From Myxococcota bacterium (GTDB taxonomy: Bacteria > Myxococcota_A > UBA796 > SXON01): DNA of 64,000 nucleotides. A program made the translations under genes and the position numbers. Shown one piece after another: positions 49,421-59,117 of the stretch. Under the pieces are notes generated by a model. It saw only the letters and a list, made by a program, of their open reading frames with translations, had not been told where the DNA came from and made no database searches. Numbering within the stretch: position 1 is the first letter of the stretch; the number at the start of each line of letters is the position of its first letter. The DNA lies in the NCBI GenBank assembly GCA_040386535.1, contig JAZKFH010000038.1:123191-187190 (forward strand). The letters run 5' to 3'.

Positions 49421-50644
49421 TCAGGAAGCCCAGATCTTGACCGTCTCCCCAATGAAATCGAGCATCCGCCGACACTCGTCATAGTCCGGATGACGAACGT
49501 GCATCCACCCGTGCCCCATGTACCCCGCCCCCACATCCGCCGTCCGCTGCCCGATCGCCGGCAGGTGTACCTCCCCGAGCCAGCGGCCGTAGCGCTCCTG
49601 GACGATGTCGAGCCCGGAGTAGCCGGTGATTCGCCCGTCCTGCGAGGGGCGCAAGCTGATGAGGCCGGCGCTGTAGTTGCGTGAGGGGCGCGGCCGCGCC
49701 TCGCCGTGCGTCAGCGCGCGCGCCCACTCCACGTACAGATCGATGTCATTGGCCCAGCAGTACAGGTCCCAGAAGCGGACCCCCGGCGGCCGCGCGCCGA
49801 TCTCGCTGAACGTCAGCCCCTTCGGCCCGAAGAACCACTCCATGTGGGTCGGCGCGGTGCCGATCCCGAGCTCGCGCACCACCTTGCGCCCCATCGCCTT
49901 GAGCTCGTCGTAGCCCGACGCGTCGATGCGGTTGGTCGTGACGATGTAGGGGCTGATCCAACGGTTGCGCATCGCGTCGAGCACGTTGGGGTAGTAGTGG
50001 GAAACGGCCTCGAACACGACCTCGCCGTTGCAGGTGAGCGTGTCGTAGAAACCCTCGTGCCCGCTCACGAACTCCTCGATCGTGATGAAGCGCCGCGCCT
50101 GCCCGAGCCCGTTGGCGGCCAACGCCGCCTCCAGCCCCGCGTCGTCATCGACTTTGAACGTGCCGGCCGCGCCCGCGCCGTCCCGCGGCTTGACGACCAC
50201 CGGGTACCCCACTGACCGCACGAACCGCCGCGCGTCCTCCGCGGTGTCGACCGCCGCGTTGCGCGCGCAGGGCACGCCGTGCTCGCGCAGGTACTGCTTC
50301 ATGATGAACTTGTCGCGGCAGAGCAGCACTTTTTCGACCGACAGGCCCGGGATGTCCGTCGCCTCGCGCACGCGCGCGGTGGTGAGCATCATCGCCTCGA
50401 CCGTGCACTCCAGGCGGTCGACCCACTCGCGCTTCTGCACGCGGCGCACGGCGTTGGTGAGCGCGCCCTCGTCCGAGAGGGAGGAGATGTGCTCGTAGCC
50501 GTGCAGCCAGCTCTTCAGCTCGGGATCGAGGTGGTTGGGCGGCACGTCGCCGATGCCGGTGACCTTGGCGCCCACGGCGTGCAGCGCGCGGACGAACTGC
50601 CGCTGGTTCGCGGGGAAGTTGGGGGCCATGAACAAGACGTGCAT
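49421..50644 (-). CDS. ATP-grasp domain protein (paralogue 1)
   Basis: RDKFIMKQ, GYPVVVKPRDGAGA, IEEFVSGHE, THMEWF, SEIGARPPG. Confidence 0.9.
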   Translation of the reverse strand: MHVLFMAPNFPANQRQFVRALHAVGAKVTGIGDVPPNHLDPELKSWLHGYEHISSLSDEGALTNAVRRVQKREWVDRLECTVEAMMLTTARVREATDIPGLSVEKVLLCRDKFIMKQYLREHGVPCARNAAVDTAEDARRFVRSVGYPVVVKPRDGAGAAGTFKVDDDAGLEAALAANGLGQARRFITIEEFVSGHEGFYDTLTCNGEVVFEAVSHYYPNVLDAMRNRWISPYIVTTNRIDASGYDELKAMGRKVVRELGIGTAPTHMEWFFGPKGLTFSEIGARPPGVRFWDLYCWANDIDLYVEWARALTHGEARPRPSRNYSAGLISLRPSQDGRITGYSGLDIVQERYGRWLGEVHLPAIGQRTADVGAGYMGHGWMHVRHPDYDECRRMLDFIGETVKIWAS

Positions 50645-50673
50645 AGGGCGCTCCGGGCGGGACGGAAGGTCTG

Positions 50674-51879
50674 CTAGGAATAGTGGACGTTGATGGTCGA
50701 GATCAGCGTCGAGAGCGCGTCGGTCACGACGTGGGTGTCCGGGTGGCGCACGATGACGTAGCCCTCGCCCTCGTAGCCGGTGGCGCGCGGGCGCCCGACG
50801 ACGGGGAGCTTCGCCTCGACCACGAGGTGGCCGACCTTGCGCTGGGCCTCTTCGAGGCCGTCGATCCGGGACACCTTGCCCTGGCCGCCGCCGCGCAGAA
50901 AAGCGATGCCGGCGCTGTACTTGCGGTCGAACGAGCCGTGCACGCGCCCGTCGATCATCGCGTGCGCCCACGCGGCGTACATGCTGCGGTCGTGCGCCCA
51001 CGACATCAGCGAGGTGAACTGGGCGCCCGGCGGGCGCGCGCCCACCTCGGAGATCACCGGCGTGCCGTCGGGACGGCGGAACCACTCCATGTGCGTGAAC
51101 GCGGTGCCGAGGCCGAGGGCGCGGTTGGCCTCGAAGCCGACCTTGCGCACCGCGTCGAACTCCGAGCCGATCTCGCGCGGCAGGTACACACACCACTGCA
51201 CCCAATCGTTCCGCATCACGTCGAGCGGGCCGGGCAGGTAGCGCCCGATGTTGTGGAACACCGGCCGCCCGTCGATCGTGATCGTGTCGAACGAGTGCTC
51301 CTCGCCCTGGATGAACTCCTCGGCGAGCGCCTCGCGGTCCGGTGCGGGCCTCAGCTCGGCGAGCGCGCCGTGCAGATCGTCGGGAGAGTTGATCTGGTAG
51401 GTGGCGCGGCAACCCGCGCCGTCGGGCGGCTTGACGACGATGGGGTAGCCCACCTGCTCGATGAACCGCCACGCGTCCTGCGCGCTCTGGAGGCGGGCGT
51501 GGCGCGCGGTCGGGAGGCCCGCGGCGCGCAGGGCCGACTTCATGACGCCCTTGTCGCGGAAGCGCCGCGCCACGTCGGGCGTGATGCCGGGCAGGCCGAG
51601 CGCGACCCGGGCCTCGGCGAGCTGGTCCTGGATGTTCTCCAGGATGCCGAGGATGCAGTGGGCGCCGCCCGTGCGGGCCATGATCTGCCGCGAGGCGTCC
51701 ACGATCACGTCGGTACGCGTGGCGTCGCTCACCTTCCAGTGGAAGGCCCCGGCGGGCACTTTGTAGGCGTCATCCTGGGTGAGTACGACGAGGCGCACGT
51801 TGGGTACGCTGGCGGCGGCCTGGACGAACTTGAGGGTGGCGTCGAGCAGGAAAGGGGCGACGAACAGGACGGTGCGCAT
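50674..51879 (-). CDS. ATP-grasp domain protein (paralogue 2)
   Basis: FRDKGVMK, GYPIVVKPPDGAGC, EEFIQGEE, THMEWF, SEVGARPPG. Confidence 0.9.
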   Translation of the reverse strand: MRTVLFVAPFLLDATLKFVQAAASVPNVRLVVLTQDDAYKVPAGAFHWKVSDATRTDVIVDASRQIMARTGGAHCILGILENIQDQLAEARVALGLPGITPDVARRFRDKGVMKSALRAAGLPTARHARLQSAQDAWRFIEQVGYPIVVKPPDGAGCRATYQINSPDDLHGALAELRPAPDREALAEEFIQGEEHSFDTITIDGRPVFHNIGRYLPGPLDVMRNDWVQWCVYLPREIGSEFDAVRKVGFEANRALGLGTAFTHMEWFRRPDGTPVISEVGARPPGAQFTSLMSWAHDRSMYAAWAHAMIDGRVHGSFDRKYSAGIAFLRGGGQGKVSRIDGLEEAQRKVGHLVVEAKLPVVGRPRATGYEGEGYVIVRHPDTHVVTDALSTLISTINVHYS

Positions 51880-51991
51880 CACGTCGGGCCCTATCGCCGA
51901 ATCGGCCGCGGGGCTACGGTTTCCCGCAGTCGACCCCGCGCGGGCGGGGGGCGCCGGATCGGTTAGAGTCCGACGGATCGCGAGGCTACCC

Positions 51992-53350
51992 TTGTTCGTC
52001 CTGCTCCTCTCCGCAGCCCTGGCCGCCCCCACCGCCCCGCACTTGCCCTCCGCGGCGTCGCCCGCGTCGGCGCCCGACCGCGGGCCGTTGGCGGCCCCCG
52101 GCGCCCCGGAGTCCGACGAGCTGTTCCGCGCCTTCGTCGCGCAGGGCGCAGAGCGGGAGCCGGTCGCGCTCGCGGGGTCCGGGGCCCGCCTCCTCGACGT
52201 GTACCAGGCGGGTGACCTCGCCATCCTCCACGACGCGGACGGGGAGTGGTTCGCCGAGGCGCTCACCCAGGGTGGGGACCCCTTGGCTTGGATGCTCGGC
52301 TCGCTCGAGGCCGCCTTCTACAAGAAGTACGAGGACGACTATCAGTACCTCACCGTCCTCTTGGTGAAGGACTTCGGGATCTTCGCCGCGTTCTACTCGC
52401 CCATGGCGAACGACGTGCGGGGCATCGGCTACGACAGCATGTTCGCCGGTGAGGAGTTCGACTTCACGTCGAACCAGCTCGATGGCTTCATCTTCATGAA
52501 CTACTACGGCCTGTGGACCGAGAGCCCCGATGTCGGGCGCTACGTGTTCGGCCAGGAGTTCATGCACCGGTGGGGCTCCTTCGTGAACATCGAGAAGGAG
52601 GGCCTGGACGCGGAGGCGCTGCTCGGCCGTGACACCGCGCATTGGTCCTACTTCATGAGCACGCCCAACTCGCCGATGGAGGGCAACACCTGGCTCGACA
52701 ACGGTGACGGCACGTGGACCACCGAGAACGACGGCGTGTCCACCTACAGTGACCTCGACCTGTACCTGATGGGCCTCGTGGGCCCCGACGAGGTGGGGCC
52801 GCAGTCCCTGCTCCTGGTCGACGAGGCCGAGGCCACCGCCGCCGGCATCGAGGCGGCGAGCACGCCGGAATACCTCAATCGTTACAGTGGCGGCAACAAC
52901 GTGACGTTGGCGGGTACGCCCGTCAGCTTCACGGTCGACGACATCATCGCCGCCGAGGGGGCACGCATCCCGTCGGTCGAGGACAGCCCCAAGGACTTCC
53001 GCATGGCGTTCCTGGTGCTCGTGCTCTCCGAGGACACCTTCGGGGAGGCCGAGATCGCCGAGATCGACGAGGTGCGGCGCACCTGGGAGGCCGATTGGGA
53101 GGAGGACGTGGGCTTCCGCGCCGACCTCGACACCACCCTCGGCAACTCCACCGCGCCCACCTGGGGCGAGCCTGTCGACGGAGAGGACGACACCGCGGTC
53201 GACACGGACACCGTGGATTGTTGCAAGACACAGGTCGACGAGGAGCCCGAGGGCTGCGGCTGCACGAGCACCGGTGGTCCCGGTGGCCTGGCCGTCGGCG
53301 CGCTCGCGCTCGTGGCGCTCCTCGGCGCCCGTAGGGAGGCGCGCTCGTGA
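51992..53350 (+). CDS. Exported zincin-like protein (QExxH variant) with MYXO-CTERM-like tail; start uncertain
   Basis: Signal-like LLLSAALA; GQEFMHRWG..HWSYF..YSDLDLYLMGL; C-terminal GCGCTS..LALVALLGARR. Confidence 0.75.
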   Translation: MFVLLLSAALAAPTAPHLPSAASPASAPDRGPLAAPGAPESDELFRAFVAQGAEREPVALAGSGARLLDVYQAGDLAILHDADGEWFAEALTQGGDPLAWMLGSLEAAFYKKYEDDYQYLTVLLVKDFGIFAAFYSPMANDVRGIGYDSMFAGEEFDFTSNQLDGFIFMNYYGLWTESPDVGRYVFGQEFMHRWGSFVNIEKEGLDAEALLGRDTAHWSYFMSTPNSPMEGNTWLDNGDGTWTTENDGVSTYSDLDLYLMGLVGPDEVGPQSLLLVDEAEATAAGIEAASTPEYLNRYSGGNNVTLAGTPVSFTVDDIIAAEGARIPSVEDSPKDFRMAFLVLVLSEDTFGEAEIAEIDEVRRTWEADWEEDVGFRADLDTTLGNSTAPTWGEPVDGEDDTAVDTDTVDCCKTQVDEEPEGCGCTSTGGPGGLAVGALALVALLGARREARS

Positions 53351-54555
53351 AGGTACTGTTCCTCTCGCCCAACTACCCGCTCGAGATGCAGGACTTCACC
53401 CGCGGCCTCGCCGAGGTGGGCGCCGACGTGGTGGGGGTGGGGGACACCCCGCGCGAGGGGCTCTCTCCCAAGGTCAAGTCCCACCTCGCGGGCTACCTGC
53501 GCGTGCCGCTCCAGGACAGCCAGGCCGTGCTCGCCGCCGTGCGTGCCACGGGCGTGCGGTTCGACCGCGTGGAGTGCCTGTGGGAGCCCTTCGTGGAGCT
53601 CGCCGCGTGGCTGCGCGAACAGTTGGACGTGCCCGGCATGTCGCTCGACACCGCGCGCGCCTTCCGTGACAAGGAGCTGATGAAGCAGCGCGTCGAGGCC
53701 GCCGGCCTGCGCGTGCCCCACCACACGCGCGCCAACACGCGCGAAGAGGTCTGGGCCGCCGCGGAGCGGTTTGGTTTCCCGCTCATCCTCAAGCCCATCG
53801 CGGGCGCCGGCAGCGCTGACACGTTCCGGGTCGATGACACCAAGGAGCTCGAAGTCGCCCTGGCGCGCACGGCCCACGTGCCCGAGGTGAGCGTCGAGGA
53901 GTTCGTGGACGGCGAGGAGTTCACCTTCGACACCGTGTGTATCGACGGAAAGCCCGCCTACGCCAACGTCGCGCAGTACCACCCACGCCCGCTGCAGGCG
54001 CGCTCCAACGAGTGGATCAGCCCCATCGTCGTCACCATCCGTGACATGTGGGCGCCCAAGTACCAACCGGGCATCGAGCTCGGCCTGGGCGTATTGGGCG
54101 CGCTGAACATGGGCAGCGGGTTCACCCACATGGAGTGGTACAAGAAGGCCAACGGGGAGGTCGTGTTCGGCGAGATCGGCGCGCGCTCGCCCGGCGGCCA
54201 CCTCGTCGACCAGATGAATTGGACCGGCGACATCGACATCTACCGCGAGTGGGCGCGGGCGGTGTGTTGGAAGTCCTTCGAGGGTGACACGCGTCGCACC
54301 TACAACGTCGCGATCATCTTCAAGCGCGCCCTCGGCGAGGGCCGCATCCAGCGCATCGAGGGCCTCGACGCGTACCTTGCACGCTACGGCTCCCACGTCG
54401 TGGCGGAGCAGCTCCTCCGCCCCGGCTCGCCCCGCCGCGATTGGCTCCAGACCCTCGTGAGCGACGGGTTCGTGTGTGTACGCCACCCCGACCTGAACGC
54501 AACGCTCCAGATGGCGCAGGCCGCGGCGACGGGGATCACGATGTACGCGGGGTGA
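53347..54555 (+). CDS. ATP-grasp domain protein (paralogue 3)
   Basis: FRDKELMKQ, GFPLILKPIAGAGS, EEFVDGEE, THMEWY, GEIGARSPG. GTGA overlap. Confidence 0.9.
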   Translation: MKVLFLSPNYPLEMQDFTRGLAEVGADVVGVGDTPREGLSPKVKSHLAGYLRVPLQDSQAVLAAVRATGVRFDRVECLWEPFVELAAWLREQLDVPGMSLDTARAFRDKELMKQRVEAAGLRVPHHTRANTREEVWAAAERFGFPLILKPIAGAGSADTFRVDDTKELEVALARTAHVPEVSVEEFVDGEEFTFDTVCIDGKPAYANVAQYHPRPLQARSNEWISPIVVTIRDMWAPKYQPGIELGLGVLGALNMGSGFTHMEWYKKANGEVVFGEIGARSPGGHLVDQMNWTGDIDIYREWARAVCWKSFEGDTRRTYNVAIIFKRALGEGRIQRIEGLDAYLARYGSHVVAEQLLRPGSPRRDWLQTLVSDGFVCVRHPDLNATLQMAQAAATGITMYAG

Positions 54556-54572
54556 GCGGTGGGCGGTGGCCC

Positions 54573-54980
54573 CTACGCTGCCGCTACCGACACGCGCCGC
54601 CGGGTCGCCAACCACGCTCCGGCCAGGATGCACGGAATCGCGCTGACGGGGATCGAGACCGCGTACCACAGGGGCCCGAGGGCGTCCCCGCCCGCCACGC
54701 CGGCCGCGAGGCCCGCGAGGCCGCCAAGCGTGCCGAGGGCCGCGAGTGCCCAGGCGTGGCGCATGGGCGCGTGTGGGGCGAGCCGCGCCGTCACCCAACC
54801 GCCGACGACGGTGAACGCGGCGCGGTAGACGGCCGGGAGCACGAACATCGCGTCCGGCATGCGTACGCCGAGCGGCGGGAACACGCCGGTGGCGTGCATC
54901 ACGGCGTCGGTGCCGATGGAGAGCACCGCGGTCGCGAGGAAGCCCGCGACGACGGCGCCGATGCTCCTGCCCCAGCTCAT
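54573..54980 (-). CDS. Hypothetical membrane protein
   Basis: Four hydrophobic helices; ATGA overlap with the SRPBCC gene. Confidence 0.8.
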   Translation of the reverse strand: MSWGRSIGAVVAGFLATAVLSIGTDAVMHATGVFPPLGVRMPDAMFVLPAVYRAAFTVVGGWVTARLAPHAPMRHAWALAALGTLGGLAGLAAGVAGGDALGPLWYAVSIPVSAIPCILAGAWLATRRRVSVAAA

Positions 54981-55471
54981 GCCGACTTCCGCGCGAGCAA
55001 CGCTTCGAGCTTGCCGAGCTCGCTGGTCCAGCCCGCGGTCGCGCGGTCGGTCCACATCTGGTCGTGCATCGCGTCGAACGTGCACACCATCCGGACGCCA
55101 CTCTCGGCCGGGAACAGCTCGATGAGCGAGCTCGTGTCGTACGCGGGGACGCCCGGCACGAAGTCGACGGGGTGGGTGTAGGCGAGGCGCCGGGGCACGC
55201 TCACCTCGGCGTAGGTGATGGTGTGGACCGTGGCGGTCGGCATGCCGTTCTGCTTCATGAACGCGATGGTGCCGGGGTCGCTGGCTGCCATCGTGTATTG
55301 GAGCTTGCCTCCGGGACGCAAATCGAGCGCCTGCACAGTGACCGCGAAGCCCTCGGGGCCCCACCAGGACTCGATGCCCGCGGGTGTGGTCCAGAGCGCC
55401 CAGACCTCCTCGAGCGAGGCGTGGAAGGTGCGCTCCAAGGAGATGCGGCGCTTGGGATCGGGCTGGGTCAT
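54977..55471 (-). CDS. SRPBCC/AHSA1 domain protein
   Basis: ERTFHASLEEVWALWT...WWGPEGF, DLRPGG, GWTSELGKL. Confidence 0.92.
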   Translation of the reverse strand: MTQPDPKRRISLERTFHASLEEVWALWTTPAGIESWWGPEGFAVTVQALDLRPGGKLQYTMAASDPGTIAFMKQNGMPTATVHTITYAEVSVPRRLAYTHPVDFVPGVPAYDTSSLIELFPAESGVRMVCTFDAMHDQMWTDRATAGWTSELGKLEALLARKSA

Positions 55472-55821
55472 ATCGATTCATCCGTCTTGAGGGTGCGTGT
55501 GGGGGTGTGTGCGGCTTGTTGGCGTTCGAGGGCGGCGCCGAACCGATCGAGTCGGGCCTCCCAGACCTGGCGGTAGCCGGCGAGCCAGGCGTCGAGCTCG
55601 CGGAACGGTTCTTCGCGCAACGAGTAGAGGCGGCGCTGCCCGTCGGCACGCGCCTTTACCAGGCCCGCCTCGTGCAGGATGCGGAGGTGCCGCGACACGC
55701 CGCTCTGCTGGATGTCCACCCGCTTGACGAGGTCGCCCACGGCGCACTCCCCGCCGCGCAAGGCTTCGAGGATGCACAACCGTGTGGGGTCGGCGAGGGT
55801 CTGGAAGAGGGAGGTGTCCAT
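55468..55821 (-). CDS. ArsR/SmtB family transcriptional regulator
   Basis: FQTLADPTR, QSGVSRHLRILHEAGLV, GQRRLYSL. Confidence 0.93.
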   Translation of the reverse strand: MDTSLFQTLADPTRLCILEALRGGECAVGDLVKRVDIQQSGVSRHLRILHEAGLVKARADGQRRLYSLREEPFRELDAWLAGYRQVWEARLDRFGAALERQQAAHTPTRTLKTDESI

Positions 55822-55831
55822 GAGCGTGTAT

Positions 55832-55851
55832 ATACATACCGCTGCATGTAT
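55832..55851 (-). promoter_or_regulatory. Inverted repeat ATACAT-N8-ATGTAT, probable ArsR operator
   Basis: AT-rich palindrome 10 bp upstream of the ArsR start in an otherwise GC-rich context. Confidence 0.65.
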
Positions 55852-55889
55852 CGGGCGTCAAGCGCGTCCCTCCGGCCAACTTCGACTGC

Positions 55890-57224
55890 CTACCGCGCCC
55901 CCGCCGCTGCCCGGACCTCCTCCCGCCGCGCCTCCGCGAGCCCGAGCAGCCCGACCCGCACCGCCTCGTCGAACTCCGCCTCGGTGCCGAGGAACGTCGC
56001 GTCCGCGGGCTCACCCGGGCCCTCGAACAACACGGGCCGCAACAGGTCGGCGAGCGCGTCGACGCGTTCCTCGAAGGCCTCGCGGGCGTAGGCCCCCTCG
56101 ATCGCGTTGAGAAGGTGGAGGCGGTAGGCCTCGCGGTACCCGGGGTCGTCCAGGAGCAAGCGGATGAGTGGCCACTGCTCGTCGATCGTCGAGAGGAGCG
56201 GGTCCTCGGTGGGCGCCGGCCAGTCGGTGAAGGCCTCGTTGTGGTCCCACGGAATCCAATTCAGGCGGCCGTCGTCGGGAGGGGCGTAGAGGTAGTAGTT
56301 GTGGGCGATGACGCCGTAGGCGTCCCAGTTGCGCATGGCGCTGTTGACCGCCAGCCAGCGCAGGAACGCGTCGACGTCGAGGGTGGCCTCGAGGGCCGTC
56401 CGCCACGCCTCGGGGTCGGTGCGGTCGGCGTTCAGGGCCGTGACGAGCCGGGTCACGTCGGCTCCGTCGGCGGTGTCGGTCTTCGCCTCGAAGCTCGGCG
56501 CGTCGTCACACGTGAGGGTCGCGCAGGGGCCGTCCGGCTTGTAGAGGGCGCCCGCGTCGGTGCCCCAGATCCGCGCCACGAGCGTGTCCTCGGGGAGCTC
56601 CGTCGCGACGTACAGGCCGAGCGGCGCGGGGCCGGCGCCGGAATCGAGGGTCACCCACCAATACGCGGCGCGGGCGGCCGGGACGCCGCGGTCTTCGAGC
56701 ACGGCGCTGGCGAGCACGTCGCGCATCAGCGTGGGATCGCGGAAACCGTTGGAGAAGGTGAGCTCCTCGAAGCCGTACAGGCGCTGATCCTCCGCGCCGA
56801 CCCCGTCTCCTACCAACTGATCGAAGTCGAGGCGGAACGGCAGCTTGCGGATGCCGCTCTCCCAGGCCGCGCGGAGGGTGGAATTGCCCTTGAGGCGGAA
56901 GCCGACGCCCTCCCACACCACCTCGTCCACCTCAACCTCCACGGGGAACCAGCTCGGGGAGCCGGCGTAGAGCACCGGGGGCTCGCCCGAGGGCGTGCCG
57001 CCGCCGCCGAAGGGCGTGCCGGTCAGGGTCGACATCTCGGCGTACATGGCGGCATGATCGGCCGCGTCCATACGCAGGGAGATGTGGTGGACGCTGTCGG
57101 CGCCGAACACCGCCGCGTAGTCCGGCCCTGCATCGTCGTCCCCGACCGCCCGCTCCGGCCCGACCCCCGGCGTGTCGACACACGCGCACAGCAGGGCCAT
57201 CGGCCCGACAACCAACCGGTGCAT
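55890..57224 (-). CDS. CotH kinase family lipoprotein
   Basis: VGFRLKGNST, KLPFRLDFD, DPTLMRD.LA, GLY, NWDAY...HNYYLY, IPWDHNEAF. Confidence 0.9.
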   Translation of the reverse strand: MHRLVVGPMALLCACVDTPGVGPERAVGDDDAGPDYAAVFGADSVHHISLRMDAADHAAMYAEMSTLTGTPFGGGGTPSGEPPVLYAGSPSWFPVEVEVDEVVWEGVGFRLKGNSTLRAAWESGIRKLPFRLDFDQLVGDGVGAEDQRLYGFEELTFSNGFRDPTLMRDVLASAVLEDRGVPAARAAYWWVTLDSGAGPAPLGLYVATELPEDTLVARIWGTDAGALYKPDGPCATLTCDDAPSFEAKTDTADGADVTRLVTALNADRTDPEAWRTALEATLDVDAFLRWLAVNSAMRNWDAYGVIAHNYYLYAPPDDGRLNWIPWDHNEAFTDWPAPTEDPLLSTIDEQWPLIRLLLDDPGYREAYRLHLLNAIEGAYAREAFEERVDALADLLRPVLFEGPGEPADATFLGTEAEFDEAVRVGLLGLAEARREEVRAAAGAR

Positions 57225-57299
57225 CCCGTTCCCCTTCCCTCGAAGGTAGGAACCGAATCGCCGGCAACGAGGCCGAGCTTCAGATCAACGAGCCACAGA

Positions 57300-59114
57300 T
57301 CACTCGCACGGCCAGCGCCCGAGATCGACCGAGTTGTCGGTCTCGTCGCATTCCTCGACCACGCGGTCGACATCCACGCGCACGACCATGCCCCGGTCCC
57401 ATTGCGCCTGGGTCAGCTGGAACGGGCCGGTGTGTTGGGCGGCGCCCGCGGCGAGCGACAAGGTGACACCGGTCACGAACGTGGTGCCCTGGTACACCCC
57501 GACGTTGAACGAGGGGGTGTCCGCGAGGCCCGTATTCTCGACGGGCACCATCACCTCGACCACCCCTTCGTCGCAGCGCAGGTCACAGATGACGGGGGCG
57601 CCGGGCGCGAGGTCGGCGAGATCGGTGGAGAGGCCGTACAAGGTGCCGCCGGCGCGGAAGTTGTTCCAGCGCTCCCAGTTGGGCTCCTCGTTGGTGGGGA
57701 TGCCCCCGTCGTCGTCCACGTTGGTGATGTGGTACGCGAATTGGTTCCACACGGGACGGGAAGGGCGCCAGGAGTTGGTCGCGTCCCCGATGACGGTGAT
57801 GCCGTTGTAGCCGGAGTAGGCGTAGTTGTTGGACGGGAGCACGATCTCGGTCGAACCGTCATTGTCGACGTCGACGATGAGGGGGTACTCGTAGAGGGTG
57901 CCGCTGGCGTGGCCGTCGTCCTGGAGCTTCACCGCGCCGGTCGCGCCGTCGTACACCCACAAGGTGAGCTCGTCGGCGTAGACGACGTCGGCCGCGCCGT
58001 CTCCCTCGAAGTCGAACACCGAGCTGCCGGTGACGGTCGAGGAGTAGTCGGACACCGGCATGCTCCAGAGCACGGTGCCGTCGGTGTCGAAGACGGTGTA
58101 GGCCGCGGCGCCGGCCACGCCGACCTCGGGCAGGCCGTCGTTGTCGAAGTCGGCCACGGTGGGCGGGCCGCCGTTGCCGCCGCCGGGATGGGCGGTCTGC
58201 CAGCGCACCACGCCGTCGATGTTGGTCACGACCACGGTGCCGGCGGTGGTGTGGACGATCTCGGGGGTGCCATCGAGGTCGAAGTCGCCCACCGCGCCGG
58301 GGCCGTCGGTCGTGGCATCGGTCCACAGCAGGTTGCCGTTGCCACGGTAAACGGTGTTGCCTGCGATGATCTCCATCCGGCCGTCCCCGTCGAGGTCGAC
58401 CGCGAAGGACAACCACCACCCCGCGCCGCCGGTGCCGGTCCAGAGCAGCGTGCCATCCGTGTCGAGCAACTGCCGGCCGAACACGACCTCGGATTGGCCG
58501 TCCGCGTCGACGTCGGCGAACGCGGGCGCGCCGTAGCCGTAGATCTCGGTGCCACCCACCCACTTGAGCGAGCCGTCGGCGTTGACACAAACGACCGCCA
58601 CCTCGACGCCGGCCGTACACACCTCGGGCAGCCCATCGGCGTCGATGTCCCCGATCGCGACGCCGCCGCTGGAGAAGATGTGGTAGCCGCCGGGATCGTA
58701 GATGGACCAGTGCGTGCCGGAGCCGTCCCCGCTGATGGCCGTGAGCGTACCCGCCGAGGTGTACCCGCCGTTGGCGAAGCTGGTGAACACGATGTCGGGA
58801 ATGTCATTGTCGTCGATGACACCGTCGGCGTTGTCATCGGTGAGGTTGCCGACCGAGGGGGTCGACATGATGTCGTCGTAGTCGGCGTAGGTCGGGTTGG
58901 CGGTCCATTGCCACTCGACCACGGGGCTGAAGGTGCCCACCGGAGGGTCGACCAGGCACGCCGCGTCGGTCGGGACGGCCCATGGGTCGGAGGGCAGGGC
59001 GCACTCCTCCGGGAGCACGCCGCTGTCCCCCTCGGGCGGGGTGACGTGCGGCTTGACCTCGTAGTCGCTGCACGCCGCGGCGAGGAGCACAAAGACGACC
59101 CGTGCTCCGCGCAT
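57300..59114 (-). CDS. Lipoprotein with FG-GAP/VCBS repeats and C-terminal CARDB-like domain
   Basis: LAAAC lipobox; repeated DxDxDGxxE; SSVFDFEGDG, WNQFAYHITN, VEECDETDN. Confidence 0.88.
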   Translation of the reverse strand: MRGARVVFVLLAAACSDYEVKPHVTPPEGDSGVLPEECALPSDPWAVPTDAACLVDPPVGTFSPVVEWQWTANPTYADYDDIMSTPSVGNLTDDNADGVIDDNDIPDIVFTSFANGGYTSAGTLTAISGDGSGTHWSIYDPGGYHIFSSGGVAIGDIDADGLPEVCTAGVEVAVVCVNADGSLKWVGGTEIYGYGAPAFADVDADGQSEVVFGRQLLDTDGTLLWTGTGGAGWWLSFAVDLDGDGRMEIIAGNTVYRGNGNLLWTDATTDGPGAVGDFDLDGTPEIVHTTAGTVVVTNIDGVVRWQTAHPGGGNGGPPTVADFDNDGLPEVGVAGAAAYTVFDTDGTVLWSMPVSDYSSTVTGSSVFDFEGDGAADVVYADELTLWVYDGATGAVKLQDDGHASGTLYEYPLIVDVDNDGSTEIVLPSNNYAYSGYNGITVIGDATNSWRPSRPVWNQFAYHITNVDDDGGIPTNEEPNWERWNNFRAGGTLYGLSTDLADLAPGAPVICDLRCDEGVVEVMVPVENTGLADTPSFNVGVYQGTTFVTGVTLSLAAGAAQHTGPFQLTQAQWDRGMVVRVDVDRVVEECDETDNSVDLGRWPCE

Positions 59115-59117
59115 GGA

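Noticed and set aside
55890..57224. CotH as evidence of endospore formation
   Set aside because: CotH-family kinases are widespread in non-endospore-forming bacteria.
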